Shown here piece after piece: positions 7,772 to 17,271 of a DNA stretch of 64,000 bases (position 1 is the first letter of the stretch; each line of letters opens with the position of its first letter). Source of the stretch: Myxococcales bacterium (GTDB lineage Bacteria > Myxococcota_A > UBA9042 > JABWCM01 > BTVJ01); NCBI GenBank assembly GCA_045863395.1, contig BTVJ01000029.1, positions 1 to 64,000 of the forward strand, read 5' to 3'. The position numbers and the translations under genes were made by a program. The notes under the pieces are model-generated. The model made no database searches. It was not told the DNA's origin and worked only from the letters and a program-made list of their open reading frames with translations.

Positions 7772-10660
7772 ATGGTCCGAGTCGAAGTCGCCCCGAGGCC
7801 CGGCACCCGCGATGCCCGCGGCGAGGCGCTGGCCAGCCGCATCGAGACCTTGGGGGTGCGCGGCATCGACCGCGTGACCGTCACCGACCTGGTCCTGCTC
7901 GACGGCGCGCTCGACGACAGGACCCTCGCGCGCCTGATGGACGAGCTGCTCTGCGATCCGGTGGTGCAGACCTGGCGGCGCGTGGACGCCTTCGCTCCTG
8001 AGGGCGGGGCCACCGTGGAGGTCGCCCTGCGCCCGGGCGTCACCGACAGCGCGGCCGAGAGCCTGCTCGTCGGGGCGCGCATGGCGGGCATCGAGGGTCT
8101 GTCCGGTGCGGCGCTGGGGCAGCGCTACACGCTCGTTGGCGACCTGGACGCCGCCACCGTCCGCCGCATCGCCCGGGGGCTGCTCGCAAACGAGGTGATC
8201 CAGGTGTGGGCCCTCGACGCTCCGGTGCCCGCGCCCTTCGTGGCCCCGCACCCGGCCGACGACACCGTCGAGACCGTGCCCCTGAGCGCCGCAGATGACG
8301 ACGCCCTCCTGGCGATCAGCAAGGCGCGCCGCCTGTCCCTGGACCTCGCCGAGATGCGCGCCATCGCCGCCTTCTACCGCGACGAGGGGCGCGAGCCCAC
8401 CGACGTGGAGCTGGAGATGCTCGCCCAGACCTGGTCCGAGCACTGCGTCCACAAGACCTTCCGGGCCCTCATCGACTACGAGGAGCGTGACGAGAGCGGC
8501 GCGACGGTTCAGCGCGCGACCATCGACTCCCTGATGAAGACCTTCATCCGCGCCGCCACCGAGGCCGCCGCGCGCCCCTGGGTGCGCTCGGCCTTCGTGG
8601 ACAACGCGGGCATCGTCGCCCTGGATGACCGCTGGGACCTGGCCTTCAAGGTGGAGACCCACAACCACCCGTCGGCGCTCGAGCCCTTCGGCGGGGCCAA
8701 CACGGGTGTCGGCGGCGTGGTGCGGGACGTGATCGGCGTGAGCGCGCGCCCCATCGCGACGACGGACGTGCTCTGCTTCGGGCCGCCGGACCTGCCCTTC
8801 GCCGCGCTCCCCGACGGCGTCCTCCACCCGAGCCGCATCGCCGAGGGCGTCGTCGCGGGCATCGAGGATTACGGCAACAAGATGGGCATCCCCACCGTCA
8901 ATGGGGCCATCGTCTACGACCCGGGCTACACCGCCAACCCGCTCGTGTACTGCGGGTGCCTCGGGGTGCTCCCCCACGGCGCCCACAAGACCGGCGCCCA
9001 GCCCGGCGACCTGGTGGTGTGCATCGGGGGACGAACAGGGCGCGACGGGCTTCGCGGCGCCACGTTCTCGTCCATGGAGATGTCCCACGAGACGGGCGAG
9101 GTGGCCGGCAGCTCCGTGCAGATTGGCCACCCCATCCACGAGAAGCAGGCGCTCGACGCGGTGATGATTGCGCGCGACGAGGGGCTCTACCACGCGATCA
9201 CGGACTGCGGTGCGGGCGGCCTCTCGTCGGCGGTGGGAGAGATGGCCGAGCACACCGGCGCCCGCGTCGACCTGCGCACCGTGCCCCTCAAGTACGCGGG
9301 GCTGCGCCCCTGGGAGATCTGGCTCAGCGAGGCCCAGGAGCGCATGGTGCTGGCCGTGCCCCCGACCTCCTGGGAGCGGCTCGCCGCCATCTGCGCGGGG
9401 CTCGACATCGACTGCACGGCCATCGGCACGTTCACGGGCGACGGCGAGGTGGTGGTCACCTGTGGCGACACCGTGGTGGCGCGCCTGCCGGGGCGGTTCC
9501 TGCACGACGGCATCCCGCGGCGCTCCCTGCGCGGCATCTGGCAGCCGCCCCGGTGCGAGGAGCCCGCCACCCCGTCCACGCCACTCGGCCCTGCGCTGCT
9601 CTCGCTCCTCGCCACCCCGGGCATCCGCAGCAAGGAGGAGGTCGTCCGCCTCTACGACCACGAGGTGCAGGGCGGCACGGTGGTCAAGCCGTTCGTGGGC
9701 AGCGGTGGACCCTCCGACGCGGCGGTGATCGTGCCCATCGAGTGCCACAGGGAGGGCGGTCGGACCGGGGTGGCCCTCGCCGTCGGCATCAACCCCCGCT
9801 ACGGCGCCATCGATCCCTACGCCATGGCCTGGGCCGCCGTGGACGAGGCCGTCCGCAACGTGGTGGCCGTCGGTGGCGACCCGGATCGCCTGTCCCTCCT
9901 CGACAACTTCTGCTGGGGGAACCCCGCCCTGCCCGACCGCCTGGGCGGCCTGGTCCGGTGCGCCGAGGGCTGCCACGACGCGGCGGTCGCCTTCGGCGCC
10001 CCCTTCGTGTCGGGCAAGGACAGCCTGAACAACGAGTACACGGGCGCCGACGGGCAGCGCCACGCGATCCCCGGCACCATCCTGATCTCGGCGCTGGCCG
10101 TGGTGCCCGACGTGAGGAGCACCGTCACGAGCGATCTGAAGGGGCCGGGCAACCTGCTCTACGTGGTCGGGGCGACCGCGGACGAGCTGGGCGGGTCGGC
10201 GTGGTATGCCCTGCACGCCCAGGTCGGAGCGAACGTGCCCCAGCCCGTGGAGGGCGCCCTGGATCGGGCCCGCGCCATGCACCGCGCGGTGGTGTCCGGC
10301 CTCGTCCGTGCGTGCCACGACTGCTCGGACGGCGGTCTGCTCGTCGCAGTGGCCGAGATGGCCCTGGGCGGCGGATTGGGGGCGGAGATCGATCTCAGGC
10401 GGGTCCCCACCCAGACCGACCGAGCGCTGCCGGACCCCGCGCTGGCCTTCTCAGAGTCCCTGGGTCGGTGGGTGGTCGAGGTAGAGCGCCAGCACGCGCC
10501 CGCCTTCGAGGCCGCGCTCGCCGGAGAGCCCCACGCGGTCATCGGGTGCGTGCGCTCGGGCGACCGCCTTGTGGTGACGGGGCACGACGGTGTGGCCGAC
10601 GTGCCCCTGCCGGACCTGGCGCGGGCCTTTCGCGGGCACGTGCCCGGCGCGGTCCCGTGA
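7772..10660 (+). CDS. purL: FGAM synthase PurL with fused N-terminal tandem PurS-like domains (no glutaminase domain)
   Basis: Two PurS-like units (DARGEA...LLCDPVVQ; PGVTDSAAES...LLANEVIQ), then AQTWSEHCVHKTF, KVETHNHPSALEPFGGANTGVGG, DCGAGG, SEAQERM, SGKDSLNN, CHDCSDGG. RBS GAGGAGGG. Confidence 0.95.
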   Translation: MVRVEVAPRPGTRDARGEALASRIETLGVRGIDRVTVTDLVLLDGALDDRTLARLMDELLCDPVVQTWRRVDAFAPEGGATVEVALRPGVTDSAAESLLVGARMAGIEGLSGAALGQRYTLVGDLDAATVRRIARGLLANEVIQVWALDAPVPAPFVAPHPADDTVETVPLSAADDDALLAISKARRLSLDLAEMRAIAAFYRDEGREPTDVELEMLAQTWSEHCVHKTFRALIDYEERDESGATVQRATIDSLMKTFIRAATEAAARPWVRSAFVDNAGIVALDDRWDLAFKVETHNHPSALEPFGGANTGVGGVVRDVIGVSARPIATTDVLCFGPPDLPFAALPDGVLHPSRIAEGVVAGIEDYGNKMGIPTVNGAIVYDPGYTANPLVYCGCLGVLPHGAHKTGAQPGDLVVCIGGRTGRDGLRGATFSSMEMSHETGEVAGSSVQIGHPIHEKQALDAVMIARDEGLYHAITDCGAGGLSSAVGEMAEHTGARVDLRTVPLKYAGLRPWEIWLSEAQERMVLAVPPTSWERLAAICAGLDIDCTAIGTFTGDGEVVVTCGDTVVARLPGRFLHDGIPRRSLRGIWQPPRCEEPATPSTPLGPALLSLLATPGIRSKEEVVRLYDHEVQGGTVVKPFVGSGGPSDAAVIVPIECHREGGRTGVALAVGINPRYGAIDPYAMAWAAVDEAVRNVVAVGGDPDRLSLLDNFCWGNPALPDRLGGLVRCAEGCHDAAVAFGAPFVSGKDSLNNEYTGADGQRHAIPGTILISALAVVPDVRSTVTSDLKGPGNLLYVVGATADELGGSAWYALHAQVGANVPQPVEGALDRARAMHRAVVSGLVRACHDCSDGGLLVAVAEMALGGGLGAEIDLRRVPTQTDRALPDPALAFSESLGRWVVEVERQHAPAFEAALAGEPHAVIGCVRSGDRLVVTGHDGVADVPLPDLARAFRGHVPGAVP

Positions 10661-12435
10661 ACCGGGCGCTGCTCGTCATCCCGGTCCTGGCTGCGGCAGC
10701 CCTGGCGATCTTCGAGCTCCACAACGACGACACGGGCTTCCACCTGGCGACCGGGCGCTACATCCGGGACACCGGCACCGTGCCGGACGCCAACCCGTTC
10801 ACCTACATCGACGACGGCCACCGCTGGGTCCAGCACCAGTGGATCCCCGCAGTGGGCATGTCCCTCGTCGCGGACACCTTCGGGGTCAAGGGGCTCGTCG
10901 TCACGAAGGCCCTGGTGGTCGCCCTCGCGTTCGGGGTCCTCGCCTTCGCCCTCTGGCGCCTGCGCACGCCTCCCCCTGCCGCCGCGCTCCTCCTCGCCGT
11001 GGCCGTCGCCGCCGGCGCCAACCGCTTCTATGAGCGCCCGTACCTCTTGAGCATGGTGGGCCTCACGGTGACCACCACCGCGCTCCTGCTGTGGCGCCAG
11101 GATCCACGCCGCCGCGCGGCCCCCTGGGTCGCCCTCGCCGCGCCCGCCATCGGCATCCACCTCCACGCGGGCGCCCTGGACAGCGTGCTCGTGTGGGGGG
11201 CGTTCGTGGCAGGTCTCATCGGGGAGCGCGCCCTCGGCCAGCCGGGCGTGCCGGTCCGCAACGCCCTCGCCTTCTTCACGGGCCTGCTCGTGGCCATGCC
11301 CGCCGGGCTGCTGCTGGAGCCCGGAAGCATCGACGTCCTGACCCTGCCGCTGCGCTTCGGCAGCAACGCATACTGGCACGAGCACCTGGTGGAGTTTCGC
11401 CCCCTCCCCTTCATCAGCGCCGTCGCGCTCCAGTGGGTGGCCGTCGCCGTGGCCGTCGCTGCTCTGGTCGCCGCCCTCTGGCGCCGCCGCCTCTTCGAGG
11501 CCCTGCTGGTCGCCGGCTTCGTCGCCCTGGCGCTGCGCCACCTGCGCATGGCGTGGCCCATGGCCATGGTCGCGGCGGCGGTGGCCGGGGCGCTGCTCTC
11601 GGAGCGGGTGCCCCGCCTGATGGCCAACCGCCTCCTCCGCGTGGGCCTCCCGCTCGGCGCGGCGGCCCTGCTCCTCGTCGCGTGGACCGAGCAGTCCGAG
11701 CGCTTCCAGATGGGACTCGGCGACGACGGCATCGACGGCCGGCACCACGCGCTCGCCATGATGGACCGGGCCGCCCAGCTCCCCGGGCGCCACTTCGTCA
11801 GCGACGGTCTGGCTGGCACCTGGCTCTGGCGCGTGTTCCGCGCGGTGGGGCCCGAGGGGCCAATCCCCGCCGAGGACCAGCGCCGCGTGCTCATCCACAA
11901 TGATCTGGAGTGCTACACGGAGCGCACCTACATCGACGTCTACCAGCACATCCGCTACGGCAAGCCTGGGTGGGACACGATGGTGGCGGACCTCGGCATC
12001 CGCACCTTCCTGCTCAAGCACACGTCCCCCGGGGAGCGGCGTCTCCAGGAGGGGCGCCCCAACCTGCGGCAGCACCTCTTTGCGTCATCGAACTGGGTCC
12101 TCGTGGACTTCGACGACAGCGCCGCCGTGTGGACGGCGGCCACGGGCGCTCCCCCGGACACCCTGCGCAGCTTCCCCGTGGATCCAGACACAGGGGAGCC
12201 GGCCGAGGGCGCCCGCTGGCGGGACGTGCGCGGAGCGCTGCTCGCCCACGCTGCGGCCCACCTCGAATCGACGCGCTCGGCGCGCATCCTGCTGCGGCTG
12301 GCGTCCCGCATGGGAGATGGGGCAGCCGCGGCCGCGGCCATCCGCCTCATCCTGCAGCGTGACCCCGCCGCGGGGGACGCGGACGCCCTCCTGGAGCAGC
12401 TTCGGGCCTTGTCCGGGGCCGGAGCACCGCGCTAG
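10657..12435 (+). CDS. Polytopic membrane protein, probable GT-C-type glycosyltransferase family
   Basis: GTGA overlap with the purL stop. DDTGFHLATGRYI...PDANPFTY...WVQHQW first-loop motif, about 10 hydrophobic segments and a soluble C-terminal domain. Confidence 0.7.
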   Translation: MNRALLVIPVLAAAALAIFELHNDDTGFHLATGRYIRDTGTVPDANPFTYIDDGHRWVQHQWIPAVGMSLVADTFGVKGLVVTKALVVALAFGVLAFALWRLRTPPPAAALLLAVAVAAGANRFYERPYLLSMVGLTVTTTALLLWRQDPRRRAAPWVALAAPAIGIHLHAGALDSVLVWGAFVAGLIGERALGQPGVPVRNALAFFTGLLVAMPAGLLLEPGSIDVLTLPLRFGSNAYWHEHLVEFRPLPFISAVALQWVAVAVAVAALVAALWRRRLFEALLVAGFVALALRHLRMAWPMAMVAAAVAGALLSERVPRLMANRLLRVGLPLGAAALLLVAWTEQSERFQMGLGDDGIDGRHHALAMMDRAAQLPGRHFVSDGLAGTWLWRVFRAVGPEGPIPAEDQRRVLIHNDLECYTERTYIDVYQHIRYGKPGWDTMVADLGIRTFLLKHTSPGERRLQEGRPNLRQHLFASSNWVLVDFDDSAAVWTAATGAPPDTLRSFPVDPDTGEPAEGARWRDVRGALLAHAAAHLESTRSARILLRLASRMGDGAAAAAAIRLILQRDPAAGDADALLEQLRALSGAGAPR

Positions 12436-12493
12436 ACTCCGCCGAGTCGGGAACCTGGAGCGCACCGATCACGGGCCCACCGAGGGAGAGATC

Positions 12494-12787
12494 ATGGGAC
12501 GAAAGGCAAGACTGAAGGGAGCGCGCAAGGAGGAGACGCAGGAAGAGCAGGTCGCGACCGAGAGCGCGCGGTCACGCCGCAAGGTGCTGCTCGCCGGCAT
12601 CCCCATCGTCACCCTGGCGCTGGTCGCCCTGTTCTGGTTCGTAGTCAAGAGCCGCTTCGGGGTCGGCATGTCCGCGCTCGTCGGGGCCATCGCCTGGATC
12701 GCGGCCCTCGCCCAGTCCATCGGCGAGGACGTGAAGCCCAAGGACCGGGACGGCGCCTCCCGCATCGACTTTGGCGGCAAGCGCTGA
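12494..12787 (+). CDS. Small two-TM hypothetical protein
   Basis: GAGGGAGAG RBS; MGRKARLK..., two hydrophobic helices, ends RIDFGGKR. Confidence 0.75.
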   Translation: MGRKARLKGARKEETQEEQVATESARSRRKVLLAGIPIVTLALVALFWFVVKSRFGVGMSALVGAIAWIAALAQSIGEDVKPKDRDGASRIDFGGKR

Positions 12788-12799
12788 GTCGCCGAAGGT

Positions 12800-14173
12800 T
12801 CAGCCCTCCTCACAGCCCACGCCGGGCGTGAAGGTCGCCTCGCCCTCGCACTGGCAGTCCCCGCAGTAGGGTCCACAGAAGGCCGGGTGCCACAGGCCGC
12901 CCGTGCTCTGGCAGGCGTTGGCCCACGCCGGGTAGCAGCCGTAGGCGGGCGCAAAGGCTCCACCCTCGCCGCAGTCGCACGTCCCCTCGGCGTAGGTTCC
13001 CGCGGTGCCCTCGCACAGCGCCTCGGGCTCCGGGGTGGTCAGGCAGACGCCGTGCACTGCGAGGCACGCGTCCTCGCTCTCGTAGAGGGAGTAGCAGTCC
13101 GCCCCGACACAGGTGCATGTGCCAGCGAGGGACTCACACCCGCCTCCGGTCCACCTCCACCCCCAGAAGGTGTCGCACTCCCCGACGCCGAGGGCCGCCT
13201 CCATGGGCAGGCACGGGTCGACGCAGCGCGCCGTCCCGCTGGGGGTCGCGGTGAGGCAGGCCATGCCGCCGCAGGGAACGGAGGTGAAGGTCTGCGCAGG
13301 GCAGCCGTGGGCGTCCGGTGCCGTGGTGCACGACGTGGCCACGCCCTCCGTGCAGGTGGCGACGCAGCCCGGCGGCACGGGCTCGCAGCAGCTCAGCGGA
13401 TCGGCCGCGGCAGCGACGCCATGGCAGGCCATCTCGCAGGGGCAGCCGAAGGCGCCGTCCTCGCCGCAGACCTCGTGCTCGGGGGCGTAGCAGCCGTCGC
13501 CGCACGCCAGGAGGCACGCTGCCAGAGAGTCGGGGATGCAGCCCGCCCCGCCGCTCTCGCCGTCGATCACGCACACCTGGTCGCCGCACGGCAGAGTGGT
13601 CCAGTGGAGCGTGAGGCACCCGTGGGCGTCCTGCCCGGTGGTGCAGTTCATCGCCGTGTTGTCCTGACACGTCGGAACACAGTTCGCGGGGACGGGCTCG
13701 CAGCAGCTCAGAGGGTCAGCGGCCACGGCGACGCCCTTGCACGCCATGTCGCAGGGGCAATCGAAGGTGCCGTCCTCGCCGCAGACCTCCTGCTCGGCGG
13801 AGAAGCAGCCGTCTCCGCACGCGAGCAGGCAGTCCTCGATGGACTCGCAGCCTGTGCCTGCCTTCCACGCCGTCCCCACGCCGCACGCGCAGGTCCCCTG
13901 CCAGGTGCCCCCCGTTGCCGCGCACAGTGCCTCGTCGCCGCTGGCGTCGGTGCCGGCGGAGTCCTCGGCGTCCTCGGCGTCCTCGGTGGCCGCGTCGCCC
14001 GGCCCCGCGTCGCCCGGCCCCGCGTCGCCCGGCCCCGCGTCGCCCGCCCCCACGTCGGCGGTGACGTCCCCCAGGGAGCCTGCATCTCCACCGGCGTCGC
14101 TCGGGCCCTCGTCCCCCGAGTCGGCGCACCCCACGACCATCACCACTGCCACGATCCATGCTCTCCGTGCCAT
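12800..14173 (-). CDS. Cys-rich lipoprotein with two tandem ~104-aa Kazal-like units and a Kunitz-like segment
   Basis: AAGGAGG RBS; lipobox-like VVGC; DAGPG linker; duplicated CLLACGDGC..EVCGEDG..CPC.MAC.GV...CCEPVP. Confidence 0.8.
   Translation of the reverse strand: MARRAWIVAVVMVVGCADSGDEGPSDAGGDAGSLGDVTADVGAGDAGPGDAGPGDAGPGDAATEDAEDAEDSAGTDASGDEALCAATGGTWQGTCACGVGTAWKAGTGCESIEDCLLACGDGCFSAEQEVCGEDGTFDCPCDMACKGVAVAADPLSCCEPVPANCVPTCQDNTAMNCTTGQDAHGCLTLHWTTLPCGDQVCVIDGESGGAGCIPDSLAACLLACGDGCYAPEHEVCGEDGAFGCPCEMACHGVAAAADPLSCCEPVPPGCVATCTEGVATSCTTAPDAHGCPAQTFTSVPCGGMACLTATPSGTARCVDPCLPMEAALGVGECDTFWGWRWTGGGCESLAGTCTCVGADCYSLYESEDACLAVHGVCLTTPEPEALCEGTAGTYAEGTCDCGEGGAFAPAYGCYPAWANACQSTGGLWHPAFCGPYCGDCQCEGEATFTPGVGCEEG
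13990..14050. repeat. 15-bp tandem repeat encoding GDAGP x3-4
   Basis: CGCGTCGCCCGGCCC repeated head to tail. Confidence 0.85.
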
Positions 14174-14466
14174 CGTCGTTCCTCCTTGAGCGCACTCTGC
14201 GCCGGGCCCCCGAGCAGGGATCGTGCCATCACCTCGCGCGGAGCCTGCATCGACCTCCGCGCGCATTGCCCGCCACCCGGTCCCGGCTGTTCGTGTCTAC
14301 ACGGACGCCCCCATGTGTGCAGTAAATGCACAATCTGAGGGATACCGCCCAGCGCTTCACGATTCGCGAGCAGGGCCAGCCAGCGTTGTCGCCCCAGGTC
14401 CACTCGACTGTGGCGCTCCAGTCACCATGTCCGGCTATACTGGCGCCCACCCTGGAGGACACCCCG

Positions 14467-17247
14467 ATGAGCCCACGCTTCGCCCACGCCGTCATGACGC
14501 TCGCCCTGGTCGCTGCATGCGCCTCGGAGCCGCCTGCCGGCGCCCCGATCGACGCAGGGAGCCTCGATACAGGGCCCACTCCGCTCGCAGACGTCGGTGC
14601 AGGAGACGACACAGGCCCCGCGGACGCTGGCCCGGAGGACACCGGAGCCGGGGACGCTGCATCGCTGGACATGGCGGACTGGGCGGACGGCGCCGATGGC
14701 GAACACACCGGCGACGCACCGGACACTACCGGCGACGCCGGCCCGGAGGACACGGGCCCCCTGATCTTCTGCGACCCTCCCGTGCCGCCCCCGGAAGCGC
14801 TCCGCAAGGCGGGCGCCGGTGACACAGACCACCTGCTCCCCGGCGGCCGGGCCATCACCCCGGTCGGCACGAGCGCGCCGGTCGGGGGCTTCCCCGCCGA
14901 GGTGCGGGTCCACCCCACCCTGCCCGTCGCCTACGTCAACAACCTCGGGCGCAAGCACAAGGCCATCCAGGTGGTGGACGCCGTGAGCGGGACCCTGCTC
15001 CAGGACCTGGTCCGCGAAGAGAGCTTCTACGGAATGGCCCTCACCCCCGACGGTGCCACCCTCTGGGTGTCCGGCGGGCGCAGCTCCGGCGTGGAGCGCT
15101 ACGACGTGGGCGAGGACGGCCTGCTCACGCCGTCGGGGGCCGTCTCGGTCGAGGGGTACCCGGCGGGCCTCGCCCTGGTCGACGGCGCCCTCTGGGTCGG
15201 CCAATACACGGGCAAGGCGGTCTCGCGAATCGACCTCGCCACCCTGACCATCGACGCGGTGATCCCCCTGCCCTTCGGTCCCTACGGCGTCATCGCCATC
15301 CCCGGGCGCGACGAGCTGTACGTGACGGGCTTCGCCGACACGCGCGCCGCCGCCGTGGACCTCACGACCGGCGAGCCCACCCTCTTCGAGCTGGGCGGAA
15401 ACCCCATGGGGCTCGCGGTCTCGGCGGACGGCAGCCGGGTGTGGGCCAGCGTCTGCGACGGAGACATCGTGGTCGCCATCGACACGGTGACCCGCGAGGT
15501 GGTCGGCTCGGCGGCGGTGGGCGAGGCGTCGCTTGCGGGCCCCGACGGTCTGCCCCTGCCGGCCAGCGCGCCGGCGGACCTGCTGCTGGACGAGGCTGCC
15601 TCCCGCCTCTACGTCTCGCGGTCCTCGGACAACGCCGTCTCCATCCTGGACCCCACGACCCTCGCCACCGTCGCCGCCCTGCCGACCGAGTGGTATCCGA
15701 CCGGGCTCGCGCTGACTCCAGACCGCAGCACGCTGCTGGTCTGCAACTCCAAGGGAGTCTCCGTGGGGCGCACGGACGTCATCGGAGGCGACGCCGACGA
15801 CAACATGGCGGGAACCGTCTCGGTGGTGCCCCTGGACGGGCTCGACCTCGCCGCCCTCACCGCCGCCGTAGAGGCCAACGTGCGCCGCCCGGGCGAGGTC
15901 TTCCCCTTCGACTGCCCGCACACCTTCCCCGTGCCGCCCGTGCGCGGGCGCAAGACGCCCATCAAGCACGTGGTGCTCGTAGTGCGCGAGAACAAGACCT
16001 ACGACGCGCTCCTCGGAGACCTGGAGACCGGCGACGGCGACCCGGAGCTGACCCTCTTCGGCGAGGGGATCACCCCGAACCTGCACGCACTGGCGCGGCG
16101 CTTCACCAGCCACGACAACTTCTACAACGAGAGCGAGAACTCGGTGCAGGGCCACCTGTGGCTCACGGCCAGCTACGTCAACGAGTACATCGAGCGCATG
16201 CGCCTGGAGGACGGCACGGCCTTCGCCACCGCATCGGCAACCGAGGCGGGCCAGCCCGACTATGGCAGCTTCTTCCTGCACCTCATTCGCCACGACATCC
16301 CGTTCATCAACTTCGGCGAGGTGGTGGGGGCCTTCGGCGAGACAGATGGCAAGACGGTCGCCGAGTTCACGGATGTAAACTACCCGGGGCTCTTCTACAA
16401 TCAGGCGATCCCCGACGAGGTGAAGGTCCGCTACGTGGTGAGCCGCCTCGTGGAGAAGGGAGACTTCCCGCCCTTCGTGTTTCTCTCCATCCCCAACGAC
16501 CACACCTACGGGAAGAAGGCGGGCTACCTGTCTCCCGAGTCCATGATCAACGACAACGACTACGCGACGGGTCTGCTGGTCGAGGCCATCAGCCAGTCTC
16601 CGTTCTGGGACAGCACGGCGATCTTCATCGTGGAGGACGACCCGCAGCAGGGCCTCGACCACGTGGAGGGCCACCGGTCGATCCTCGTCGTCGCGAGCCC
16701 CTGGGCGAAGCGCGCCTACACCAGCTCGGTGCATACGTCCTTCCCGTCCTTGTTCCGCACCTTCGAGCTGATCCTGGACCTGCCGCCCATGAACCGCTAC
16801 GACGCCAACGCGACCCCGCTGTGGGACGCCTTCACGACCGTGCCCGACCCCGAGCCCTACGTGGCGCTCCCCCGCACCGTGGAGGACATCAAGAACCCGA
16901 TCGGCAAGAATCTCGCCACCCAGTGGTCGAACGCCATGGACTTCAGCGGCCCGGACCGGGAGCCCGACCTGGGCCCCATCTTGTGGCTCCACCGCAAGGG
17001 CTCCCCGCCCCCCGGCTCCCACCTCGCGCAGGCGATGGCCGGGCAGGTCCCGCCCGTGCGCCGAGGCCCGGAGGATCTGGACGACGTGGACGCCTTCGAC
17101 GAAGGCTGGGTCAAGGCGCGAGCGTGGCTGCTGGCGCGGCCTGATCTGCTGGCGAAGGTCCCTCCCGGGACGCTGCCGGAGGCGCTGGCAGACCTGGAAG
17201 CCGCGCGGCCGGCTGCCCCGCCGGCTCCCGTCGACCACTCACCCTGA
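14467..17247 (+). CDS. Lipoprotein: YncE/YVTN beta-propeller plus alkaline-phosphatase-superfamily phosphoesterase
   Basis: GGAGG RBS; lipobox VAAC; propeller repeats (GNPMGLAVSADG, WYPTGLALTPD); PIKHVVLVVRENKTYD, TPNLHALA, DNFY, PNDHT, DNDYATG, VEDDPQQGLDHV. Confidence 0.9.
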   Translation: MSPRFAHAVMTLALVAACASEPPAGAPIDAGSLDTGPTPLADVGAGDDTGPADAGPEDTGAGDAASLDMADWADGADGEHTGDAPDTTGDAGPEDTGPLIFCDPPVPPPEALRKAGAGDTDHLLPGGRAITPVGTSAPVGGFPAEVRVHPTLPVAYVNNLGRKHKAIQVVDAVSGTLLQDLVREESFYGMALTPDGATLWVSGGRSSGVERYDVGEDGLLTPSGAVSVEGYPAGLALVDGALWVGQYTGKAVSRIDLATLTIDAVIPLPFGPYGVIAIPGRDELYVTGFADTRAAAVDLTTGEPTLFELGGNPMGLAVSADGSRVWASVCDGDIVVAIDTVTREVVGSAAVGEASLAGPDGLPLPASAPADLLLDEAASRLYVSRSSDNAVSILDPTTLATVAALPTEWYPTGLALTPDRSTLLVCNSKGVSVGRTDVIGGDADDNMAGTVSVVPLDGLDLAALTAAVEANVRRPGEVFPFDCPHTFPVPPVRGRKTPIKHVVLVVRENKTYDALLGDLETGDGDPELTLFGEGITPNLHALARRFTSHDNFYNESENSVQGHLWLTASYVNEYIERMRLEDGTAFATASATEAGQPDYGSFFLHLIRHDIPFINFGEVVGAFGETDGKTVAEFTDVNYPGLFYNQAIPDEVKVRYVVSRLVEKGDFPPFVFLSIPNDHTYGKKAGYLSPESMINDNDYATGLLVEAISQSPFWDSTAIFIVEDDPQQGLDHVEGHRSILVVASPWAKRAYTSSVHTSFPSLFRTFELILDLPPMNRYDANATPLWDAFTTVPDPEPYVALPRTVEDIKNPIGKNLATQWSNAMDFSGPDREPDLGPILWLHRKGSPPPGSHLAQAMAGQVPPVRRGPEDLDDVDAFDEGWVKARAWLLARPDLLAKVPPGTLPEALADLEAARPAAPPAPVDHSP

Positions 17248-17271
17248 CCGACACTTCAAGGGAGACTCACC

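Noticed and set aside
7649..10318. Upstream 890 aa of the 1289-aa minus-strand ORF, and the 5' part of the 1585-aa plus-strand ORF
   Set aside because: Shadow frames of purL, purH and the 6449..7648 gene. Stop codons are rare at this GC and the composition is unnatural.
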